A stretch of DNA of 64,000 bases from Cycas panzhihuaensis (lineage: Eukaryota > Plantae > Cycadophyta): positions 122,147,741 to 122,211,740 of the forward strand of contig CM041465.1 of NCBI GenBank assembly GCA_023213395.1, written 5' to 3'. The notes beneath the pieces were generated by a model, which was given only the letters and a program-made list of their open reading frames with translations, ran no database searches and was not told the DNA's origin. Position numbers and translations under genes: made by a program. Below, one piece after another: positions 53,615 to 64,000 of the stretch. Position 1 is the first letter of the stretch; every line of letters begins with the position of its first letter.

Positions 53615-54379
53615 AAGGTGTTGAATTCAACAGAAGCAGCCAAGTAGATCAAAATGAACGGAAAAAAAGGGGAAAATTTCACTTTCCCTTGGTGAATCTC
53701 TCAAACCCTCATTTTACAAATCAATTCTATTATTTGGTTTATTCTATTCTCAAGTAGTCAATTGCAAGTGGGTAGTAGGAGTCAAGGTCCCACCCATCCC
53801 CTTCCCTAGTGGTTAGGTAGAGACCCTGTCTTGGGGGTCTTTAAACATCATGGGGATCTGTTATTCTAGGTTAAGTGTGCAAGGGTACACGCCAGTACGT
53901 GAAACAAGATGGATCATACTGCTTATACAAATCTCAGACTAAACCCAACTACGGGATTGAGCCTCTATGTACCTTCAAGTATATCAAAGAACCCTCATAA
54001 GCTCCCCTACCTTACTTAGTGGTTAGCATTGGGAAATTACTCCTCGCGAATACCCCAACACAAATGTCGTGGCTATGAGTATAGATTTTCTTCATAGTTG
54101 GTGTCCTAAAAAATTGGGTCGAACAATAGAAATGACTAAAAATTTTATCTAGGGACTCATAGAACTAGGTGCACCTATTTCTTAAGTCTTACTTATTTTG
54201 GTATCCCCATGGTCAAAAATCTGCTCAAAGAAGAGGGTTACACAAATAATAAAATGAAAATTCCCTCAACATAATCTGCGACTGTCATAATTTTGCAAGA
54301 TACCTTATAATTGTTGAACATCCGCAAGATAATTTGAATAGAAAAAACATAGAAATTACAATATTAATAAAACAACAGC

Positions 54380-54834
54380 ACCGACTGGTATTGAAGACAT
54401 AACAACATCATAACTCTGACTTGTAGAATAGAGACAACAATAGAACATCTCCAACTTTTCTATCTAAACCTTCAACTCATAGTATGATCCCCACACCTAG
54501 TCTTTCAGTCTAGAATCTACCCTTAAAAAAGAAACAAAAAATAAGAAGGTGACCCCACCTAATCCATAAGGTCATTACAAGAAATACTTCTATGATTTGG
54601 ATGAAACCGACTGGTATTGCAGACACAACAACATGATAACTCTAACTTGTAGAGTAGAAACAACAATAGAACATCTCCAACTTTACTATCTAAACCTTCA
54701 ACTCATAGTATGATCCCCACACCTAGTCTCTCAGTCTAGAATCTACCCTTAAAAAAGAAACAAAAAATAAGAAGGCCGCCCCACCTAATCCATAAGGTCA
54801 TTACAAGAAATACTTCTCTGATTTGGATGAAACC
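54380..54834 (+). repeat. 226-bp tandem duplication (2 copies)
   Basis: Units start ccgactggtattg at 54381 and 54607; about 95% identical by eye. Confidence 0.95.
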
Positions 54835-56324
54835 TACACTAGCAAACTCCAAAAAAAAGAGAATATCAGGCTATAAATTTCACTTAGTCACATATACACC
54901 TTATTTTAATTTGTGCATCGTGTTGATCATTGTGGGCTAGGTCAACCTCATCCCAATTTTTCAGCGAAAAATGGCAAGTGGGTCCCACCGACCCAAAAAT
55001 CACACAAATCTCACATCATTCTCATAAGCTCATTGTGCTCGTCGTGATGAACTACGTGAGATTATTACCTCTTTTTCACCCCATCTATGAATTATTGTAC
55101 TCCAGGAGTTAATAGGGTATAGACACCTCTAACACTCCCATTCCCTTCTACATCAATCCCCAACTCCTTAATCCCTTTCAACCTCTTTCCCCTTTTGGTA
55201 CCACCCTTCTTCTGGATTTGTTCCCCTTTATACTTATTGTAACATTGAATTGTTCTTCAATGGCTCCCCCAACACAGGCCAATTGCATACAAGCATTAAA
55301 GGCACACTTTGAGGGAATATCTCAAACTCTTGCTCACTTAAAACAAGTGGTTTCAAGCATTGCTACTCTTTCACAAGAAACAACATGCTTGAGACAAGTT
55401 ATTCAACAAATACAGGATTTAGAGTGACCAACGACAAGATGACATAGACTAGAAATTCAAGAAGATACTCTAACAACTAGCAGCCAACTCCAATAACTCG
55501 TCTACATCCCACCCAAAAGACCCCTCACCCTCACTTGCTAGAGCACTACCCCCTCCTCCATCAAGGCAGCCACAATTCAATCATAAGATTACAATCCCTA
55601 CGTTCAACCCAAATCTCAACAAGGATTCTTCCCGAAGTTGGATCAATAAGTTGGAGTTTGTCTTCTCATTAAATCCGATGTTCCCAACAAGATAGATCAC
55701 ATTTGCCTCAATCCATAAGAAGAATATCTCGTTGATCATGTTGATAGCTTAGAGGGTCCCTCAAAAGAAGAAATGGAGGGGACCATCCCTCCTCTTTCAC
55801 TCACTATTGTTGAAAACCTTGAAACCCCTTATTTACCAACATCAAAGGAAATTGAAATTCCTTTTGGGATTACATGTGTACAGAATGATAAGGGTGTTAC
55901 ACCTTATATAGATACTATACACGATGAAATTTTGCATGACAATCTGGATTCTTCCCCTCTATAAAATCACTTTATTGAACAAAACCAATGCACTGCAACG
56001 CAATATGGGAGTAAAAATCTAAATTTTCAAATAGGAAATCCACTAGCACGTACATTGGGCCCGCATCTAAATTTCCAATTTTATGAATTGCCATTCTACT
56101 ATAGTATAGACCACATCTCTTTGGCACACAACTCCCATTCAATAGGGAATGTGTATGAGCAATATCAATCTCCTTTAACAACAAGTGTAACAACAATTTC
56201 TACATTTCAATACAAGGATGAAACATCAACTTTGGACATCTAGACAACAGTGGGATGTAGTAATGTATATCTTGTACCTTTCCATTGATGGTTGAGAGTA
56301 ATCATCTCTTAAAGGGAAAGGGTT

Positions 56325-56683
56325 TGTAACACGCCTCATACCTTAATACAATAAATAAGTGAAACTAATTAAATTACGATTAGTTGTAATAGCATCATGC
56401 ACATGCACTAGGTTTAATAATACGCACAATGATTAATAGTGTATTAGCCCTAGGGTTAATATTAGTGGCATGGGATTTAACAGAAGCAAACAAGAAGTTT
56501 TGTGCCCTCTCTTTGCATACATAATGCCTTCCTCTTTGAACAGAGGTTAATTAATTATCAAGTATCAAATTCATATTCTTCATTGAAGAATAACTCAATT
56601 TACTTGGCTTTTATTTGGCTTTTTTTTGTTGTTTAATTACAGATCTTGTAGAACTGTAGGTAATGGATGGGAATTCCATTACA
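56325..56683 (+). repeat. 3' LTR of element G
   Basis: TGTAAC...ATTACA after the PPT. Confidence 0.8.
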
Positions 56684-58189
56684 AGGGATGACACAACTTA
56701 ATATCTGTTGCCTACACTCTAAAAATGCTCCGTGAAAAAGTCATTTACCATGGACTTTCCACGTTGTGATGTTCCATCTTTGGTATGCTGGGGCACCAAT
56801 CTACAAGTTCTCTATGCCGCAACACTTCTTACACGTTTGTTATCGTGAATAGGTATATATGTTGGCATATACAGAAGTCTAGTTGGAACCTTTACAGCAT
56901 TAATACTCCAAGTGTCTTACATTCATCCATATGGACTAGATACTGCATAGAATAAATGCCTTTGGCTCCAATATCAAGCACAATGTGAGACTAGCCACAT
57001 ATTCCAGCCTAGGGCCTGTAATCGATCAAGTGGTGTGAACCATGGGCTTCCAGACATGTACCTTCATTAATCATTAACCATAATTAATCATGTGACTCTC
57101 TACATTAACACTTCACACTCAACTTACTACCACTAACCATAGTTATCCTAGAATACACAAATAGTCCTTGGCCTATGCTCCTGTATATTTCATATGCTCT
57201 ATTATATGCCAAACCTGCATACATCAATATGCCTTGCTATGTACTAGTATTGCATGTATCAGTTCGCCCTTCACATCTTCAGCCTATGGGCCCACCTCCA
57301 GCCAGCCAATTGGTATGCATGTTAACCTACCAGCCTGTATGCCCTCTTGCCACCAGCTGTCTGCCTTATGTCTGATGGAATCCAGCCATGGCAGCTTGCA
57401 GGTATACAACGTGCTTTTCTTGTCTTTTTAAACCTTTTTATTAGATTTAACCAATGCCTAATAAATCATTCGTGAGATTTGAAGCTTACAAACCTAGTAA
57501 AAGTGATCACTGTTCACAACTAGATACAACCTTGCAAATTGCAATGACTATAATTTTTCACAAGCTCTGAAGGTGGTGCGAGGGAAGAACACCTTAATTT
57601 CTGCAAATATGCCTCTAGCAACAGGCTTACAGGATCACCCAACAGTTAATTTGTTTCGAGCTGTGCAGAATTAAACCATGAAGAATATACTGATTTACAA
57701 GGACAAAAGGACTTAACAAAAATATGTAACCTATAGACTATTTTATTGGACTTGAGCTATGAAACTTTTTATAAAACAAAGCAACAAAAAAATGCAAAGA
57801 AAAGCCAGCTCTCCAGAATAACTACATTTTTCTACACCCTGTTGCCTTGTCTAATTCCTGTGTTCTTTGGAAACAGGATGATCTCCTTGGAATATTGAAA
57901 TTCAACCTCATTACAAAGAGTTTAAGATCACGGAAAGAATACGAGTATCATGACAAAGGGGAATATACATGCAATGACATTTCCCACATGTCAAAGTTTA
58001 CAGACATTAGTTATATAGATTGCTTTATGCATTTCTGACCAACAAAATCATCTTTATAAAAGAACGAACCATGAATCACACCAAAGACTGAACCCAATGG
58101 ATTTCAATAGTTGTAAAGAAAACCAGCAACTAACCAGTCTACATATCCTACACAAGTGTGAAAATAATAAGTTCAAAACTAATACAAAT

Positions 58190-61100
58190 TTAATTATCTT
58201 TCGCCCCAATCAATCTTCCACACACCCATATTTTCTTGACATTCTTTTCTGAACTTAAAATACCATCATTTCCCATCTGGATGTGTCTTCTCTCAGATTT
58301 TCCAGCAATGTTCTGAGTGAAGCATTCATAATCAATAGAATTCACTTCTACAGGCAACATAATATCTTTCCTGATGTTCTGCAAGGAATTTGCCTCAAGT
58401 TTCCTAGCAGTCTCCTCCTTTGTAGGCTTATAAGCCATAGTAGCATGACTTACTTCCATAGAAGGATCTCCAGAATTTGCTTCTGAAGATAACACAATTT
58501 CCTTTCCAATCTTCTCATTATGTCTTGACTTGAGTTTCACAATGGTATCTTCTGCTGTAGGTTTACCATTCACAAGCACAGAGTTAACATAATTGAGGAG
58601 ATTTGTAGCACCTATTTCCATCCGGTGCCTCTGTTCATAAGCATTTTGCGATATGTTTCTAGTCAATCTACCATTCAAGGAATCTTCCACTGTAGAATTA
58701 TAAGCATCATATTCACTGGAAAATTTCCCATTGTTGCACATAGATGACTGACACATACCATTCCCATCACCAAGTCCAGGGATCGCAGATGCAGTCATGT
58801 GAGAGTTGTAAGGGTCAGATTGTAAGGCTTCTGCATCAACGCATGTTGTAGGCCTTTTTTGCAAAACAGATGTAGCAGCAGTGGACTCGACACTTCGCAT
58901 TGATCGTACTGCTTCAGCCAGAAGCTTCCGAGTTTCAAACAGAGAAGCCTGTGCTGTAGCATCCCTAACAGCTGCAGTCTCCAATGCTTTGGCAGCCTTT
59001 TCAGCCTCTGCTATTAGCAACCTGTTCACACAAGTACATAGCAACATATGGATTCAATGCATTTGTTCTTCTAGCACAATGTTCTACAGCCTCCTTATCC
59101 TTTCATTGTAGAGGAAGTGCACATGCACCAAAGATAACGATAAAGAAGTTCACATCCAAACTTGAAATTCTAACTGTCTTCACCTTGCCCGCTCAGTCGC
59201 TTCTCTTTTCTTTGCTTCCATGGATGCTCGGTTTGCTCGGAGTTGTTTTATCATCTCTAATTTTGCCCCTATGAGTGGGTCCACATACGGAGCAGGAGAT
59301 TTCTTTTTGTAGCTGGAAAGTACTTTTAAATATTTCCGTTTTTTACCCATGGTCTCAGGAGCAATAGATTTATCACCCACTGTTACAATTGGTTTCCTGG
59401 CAGCTCTTCGGCGAGCCGATGATGGTCTGGTTCCATGAAATTTCTGCATGCCTAAGCGCACCCTCTGCTGATAATCCTGAAAGTAGATTGGAAAATTCAA
59501 ATGCTCTAAAATCTAGCAGAAGACCAAGAATACACTGCTTTGCATAGTGTGCTCACAAATGAGAATTTTTTTATTGAAAAATGGAAAAAAAAAAAAGAGA
59601 TGTGAACATGCCTCTTAAGATTTCACTAATGCCCTTACAGGATCTGCCCATTTGGCTCTGATTGCCTCTGATATTTTCTTTCTGTGGTCAGCCGATTTAG
59701 CCCCCCTCTTGTATCCACGCTTCTCCTCTTCCTTTGCCTTCATAATTGCAATAGCCTCCAACCATTCTTGATGCAATTTTGCTTTTAGAATTTCATAGTC
59801 ATTCCAGCCTAATTCGTTCTCACCATCATCACCCCTTCTAGCGGCTTCTGCGATGCTTTCTTCCCATTGAAGAAAACATGTTTCTTGTAACAACAACTTC
59901 TCACGGCGTTGTTTGTATCCTCTTCTCACTGCCATTCCAATTTTTGCCCTAGTTTCCTCACTGCACAAACAGATCTTTGATTATCAGTTCAACAGGTGCA
60001 ATGCTAAAGAGAACACAACAATCAAGAAGGAGATCTATAAGTTATCCAGGAAGAGGAAGAGAGAGGTCTAACATACCAATGGTTTAAATTTGTTCATATA
60101 ACCAATTTAAGGGTGTATATTATGCATATTTTCGTAGGCCATTGATCTCAAAGAAGTTCAAATATATCTACTTTCCAACCCAGTAGGTAATATACAACAT
60201 AAGCAACGAGCTTTATGGTCCCAAAACAAAACCATGTGCTTACCTCTGAGGATGGGCACAGTTTATAAGTTTCTCCCTAATCTGCAAATCCAAGCAATAG
60301 CTAACACAATCAGGTAAACACAAGAGAATGCCACATTGAGAACGCATTAAAATACATTTCTTTGCACATCTTAACAGCTCTTTGATTTTCAAAAGAATAT
60401 CCACTTCTTACATGACATCACCTTGGGGTTTTGCATTGCCTGCTTGGTTCTCTCTCGTATTCGTGCAATTGTTTCTGCATGTCAACAAAATCCATTTATG
60501 TTGCATGAGCCTCAGAACCGGAAAACCCCCATGTAAAATGTAAGATAATGTAGTCTAAAAGCATATGCCCTTGGAGGTCAAGAACAACCTCCAAGACCTT
60601 GAAACGAATGCGAGATCTGAACCAATCCTGCTGAAGCAGAATGGAGTTTACCTGGGCTGTGCTTTTTGCCTTTGTTCCAGGGTACTTTCCCTGTATTAGC
60701 TTTACTAATCCTCAATCTTCTTTTCCTCTCCCTACAATCCACTTCTGCCATTTCTTCAACAGAGACCGGGTTTGATTCACTCTCTAATCCCCTATCTAAA
60801 TTACTGCTGTGTCCATCTTCCTCTTCTCGTTGTACAATGGGGAGGGTCTTTTCCATCGACATAGCAGTTGCAACAACCTTTATAACAGCGGATCCCGGAA
60901 CTGCCAAATGCCCGGATCTGTAACCCCATTGCCTCGAAACTCCTGAACCGGTCTTCCATTTTGAAGATAGCTTATTCTTTTCAGCGTAAACAACCTTCAC
61001 CAAATTTCTTCCATGAGAGATCGGACACATCCACTTCGGAACTACACTATTGCTGACAGGAAACTGAAAAGTGATAATACCTGTCCAACAACATCACCAA

Positions 61101-61490
61101 AGGCAACCATAGTAAGCCGAGCTACGCGAACTAAGTGATTCGTTCCGCAACAGGAATGTCCACCCATGAAGCCTATGTAGTGTTGTGTGCCCCCAACGGG
61201 CTTTGCCAGCCATCCATGACATTGGAACTTATGTGATATGACCACAAGGAATTGGCCTCTGGCGGCCCACCAGCCCAGAACCACACCGGACCAAACCCAA
61301 TTTGTTAACAAAATACAGAAATAGAAAGCAATTCCTGTGCAACGTCGCAGAGGAATGCTGGGAAAGGGCCCCCATGTGCTATAATGACTACCAGCAAGCT
61401 TCAGAAATCTCCACGAGATATAAAGAATACAAACCCTATAAAAATAAATATAGTTCAGAGAAGGAAGAGTGACAAACCAGATGAAGGCAT
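58190..61490 (-). CDS. NUMOD3 (nuclease-associated modular domain 3) repeat protein, At1g53800-like, 659 aa, probable plastid transit peptide; 7 coding exons
   Basis: Exons (minus): 61490-61478, 61080-60652, 60474-60422, 60281-60244, 59960-59639, 59476-59184, 59021-58190. All introns GT-AG with matching phases; total 1980 nt. Family motifs RRLRISKANTGKVPWNKGKKHSPETIARIRERT, HPQSEETRAKIG, KSADHRKKISEAIRAKWADP, LLIAEAEKAAKALE and C-terminal KKIWVCGRL. Confidence 0.9.
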
Positions 61491-61940
61491 GAGGTGGCCG
61501 GAATGCCCTGACCAGAGCTTATCCACCGCCTCCTCCAATCATTCGATTGAAGTACTCCTCAGTTTCAATTCATACAGGCTATCGTACACGTATCAATTTC
61601 TCTGTTTTTATGTTTATGAGAAAAAAGAAATGGATTTCTTTTCTTCAAACTTTTGGTAACAAGTAGAAGATGACCTGCTCGATCCTCGCATGGACCATGT
61701 TCAGCTGTAAGTTAGGTAAACAATCGCGAAATGAGGGTTCGGACTCCTTTGGACCGCTTGACGGACGCAGAGCCACACGATGGAAAGAAGGGATAAACGC
61801 ATTTACGGCCAAAGAACGGGTACATAAGAATACAGACGAAAACGAAAACGCAATCTTCGCTTGGGGTTTAGCTCACACCTTTGCACGTCTCATATTTTAT
61901 TTAATTATTTATTCTTTTTATTAATAATTTAAAAAAAAAA

Positions 61941-62038
61941 AAAGACGTGAATGGGTGCAAAATTCTTCTACTTAAAGACGTGAATGGGTGCAAAATTCTT
62001 CTACTTAAAGACGTGAATGGGTGCAAAATTCTTCTACT
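61941..62038. repeat. Perfect 33-bp tandem repeat x3 upstream of the NUMOD3 gene
   Basis: Unit aaagacgtgaatgggtgcaaaattcttctactt at 61941, 61974 and 62007. Confidence 0.95.
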
Positions 62039-63602
62039 ATGGCTCATAACGTAACGAAGGCGAGGCCTAAGGTGTGTCTCGGAGCTAAAGTGGACATACC
62101 TATACATGCATTTAATTCTAATACACTACACATAGTCATACAAGTATTTGGATTTGGGTCTTTAGAAAATCCACCATATGTGTTGAAGTGCATATGCATT
62201 TACACACGAAGATATCATTCGAACCTTTTTCATAGCCTCTTTTAGCAACTTGTCTCGAGTTTCCTACTAGGTTGCATTTACAAGCTATTGAACTACGACT
62301 ATTAACAAGTAATTAGTGGAAGCAAATTAATACAATGAAGCATCTCTATATATCTTGGATATTCTGTAAGATGGTTAAGTATGTGATGGTTGTTGTGGGC
62401 AATGGACAAAAAGGACCTGAATAAAATTATTTTTGCAATTATTATTTCCTCCTTATTTATTTTCTATTCACTCCCATCAATGGAGTAGAGTAAATAGTCG
62501 TGGGTAGAGTCAATCGAGGGTGCCTATCAACATAATTAACTACACATTAAAATGTAATCAATAGATAAAAGACACAAAGGCAGTTATAGGCATGATTAGA
62601 TTGCCAAACAAAGATTCTTTAATTGGATTCCAATGTGGCTAATAATTTTTAATGGTATATAAATTTTATATTAAGCTTGAGAGCTCAGATATATGCTTAG
62701 AGGCTCTAAAAGGTCAAAACAGACAAAGGCAAAGATGCATAAGATGGTAGCAATTAAAGCACAAGAGCATTATTCTTTGTAGAGACAAAGAAAATAAAGT
62801 TGGTTGATGAATCACAAAGTCATGTAAAGTAGGCACTAAGTCATGGAAAAGGCATAGTAAAGAGGGGCATCAAGTCCAATTAGGAGAAATTAATGTCCAT
62901 GTAATAGTGTTAATAACTTTCATGCCATATGTGGCCTATTAGATTGAAATGGTTTCCAAGAAAGTGAGTTTGAGAAACTAGTTTAACTATAAATAAAGTA
63001 CACGAACTAGGATAGTTAGACAAGCATAATTCTGAAGGATTATGATGAATAAGTTCATCATAAATACTTATGAATGAAGATCTAATATTAACGAGAATAC
63101 TAAATTAAATGTCTTTTATAAAAGTAAACTTATCAAGCCCCACTTATCAAGACATGTTAGTAGCTCCAAATCGAGTACTAATTGATTAATTGATAAAAAA
63201 GAGTATAGAATTAACATAAATTTAAGTAAAAGATTAATGTGATGGCTTGCAATAAGCCTTTAATAAAATGATGAATATGTTAACACACTACCTAATATCC
63301 TTATTAATAAAACATTACAAGTAAGGTGAATTATCAAGGTATAAGTGTGATGAACCTAAAACTGAAATGCAAATAAAATTTTTGAATTATAGTAGAAAAA
63401 TATAACAAAATTGTTATCAACCTAAAGATGCCAAGAGGAATAAATTTCAAATCAAAATAAATCCATAATTATAAAGTCTAATGAGCAAACCATTATATAT
63501 TGGCTTACTTTGATTATTTTAATCATATTTATTTATATTCGAAGTTGATATTTTTCTTAGTTTGCATGAATGTGATATTATTTTAATGCTATTTGAAGAT
63601 GA

Positions 63603-64000
63603 TGTTAGAATAGGCCAAATGCCTCACAAGTCCAAGATCTAAAGACTAGACTTACTCTAGTTCTGAAAAGCATAAAAGCATAACATACATTAAGCATAAA
63701 CAATATAAAACACAAAGAGAGAAAGAGGAGCAAGACAATGATACCAAAAGTGTGGTGTTGGAATTGGTCCAACCACTAAAGAATACTCAGCTTGATTAGC
63801 AAACTGATAGAATAACAAAGTACCTCTAACTCTTGATGAGAAACAATGAAGAGAGGCCTCATTAAATAGAGGGAGATGAGAGGCCAAAGGCTATTACATA
63901 ATTGACAAGTGTCAATCATGCAATGCATGCTTGCATGAAGGACAAGTGTCCTTTATGAGCTCTTGTGAGCAAAAGTGCAAGGGGGTCCTTTGACCCTCAA
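63603..64000. mobile_element. Possible edge of another LTR running out of the window
   Basis: Begins TGTTAG with a composition change; TATA-like ctatttaa on the minus strand near 63863-63870; no partner visible. Confidence 0.3.

Larger units (their letters stand above)
51461..56683 (+). mobile_element. Element G: non-autonomous gypsy-like LTR element (gag relics only; 5' LTR truncated)
   Basis: 51461-51668 aligns with the 3' part of LTR 56325-56683; PBS-like tgctatcaaagt 51671-51682; PPT aaagggaaaggg 56311-56322; gag relics at 52769-53110 and 55260-55720; no RT or integrase recognised. Confidence 0.75.

Noticed and set aside
56984-57408. Possible solo LTR or small element downstream of the gene (TG...CA, recurring ccagcc motifs)
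   Set aside because: No TSD, no partner copy and no terminal inverted repeat that I could confirm.
58283-59274. Plus-strand ORFs overlapping the gene
   Set aside because: Antisense shadows of the NUMOD3 exons with no independent features.
61042-61311. 89-aa minus-strand ORF upstream of the large NUMOD3 exon
   Set aside because: Mostly within intron 1 (61477-61081) and out of frame with exon 2; the MPSSG micro-exon explains the start better.
58190-61490. Active homing endonuclease
   Set aside because: No GIY-YIG, HNH or LAGLIDADG catalytic motif in the spliced protein.
61901-62107. ORF with SRRILHPFTSL repeats; CRISPR-like appearance
   Set aside because: Head-to-tail 33-bp repeat with no spacers, in eukaryotic DNA with no cas genes.

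Overview
AT-rich eukaryotic nuclear DNA from a land plant; the element types and strong C-to-T erosion suggest a large-genome non-angiosperm such as a gymnosperm (inference). Bases 1 to ~56.7 kb are a pile of decayed, nested LTR retrotransposons, reconstructed by hand from LTR pairs, PBS/PPT sites and target-site duplications (TSDs). Copia-A (13095-51127, minus, TSD ATATT) contains Copia-B (15634-22883) and Gypsy-C (~25763-50543). The RT of Gypsy-C is split at one 5-bp site by two back-to-back elements, Copia-D (31662-36791) and Copia-E (36797-46062). Copia-E in turn contains Copia-F (38380-44727, TSD TATAC). Also present: two interlocked copia fragments at the left edge, a tRNA-derived SINE with a 15-bp TSD (6968-7261), decayed gypsy remnants (~7.3-13 kb) and a chimeric non-autonomous gypsy-like unit (51.5-56.7 kb). 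The only intact host gene is on the minus strand at 58190-61490: 7 coding exons, 659 aa, NUMOD3-repeat protein of the Arabidopsis At1g53800-like family, probably plastid-targeted, with a 3 x 33-bp repeat upstream. I see no clearly new multi-gene system. The best leads are the shared triple target site, the spliced-looking accessory ORF and unusual gag layout of Gypsy-C, a probable leader intron in Copia-F, the SINE and the uncharacterised NUMOD3 gene. Element names are my labels; all alignments and counts are by eye.
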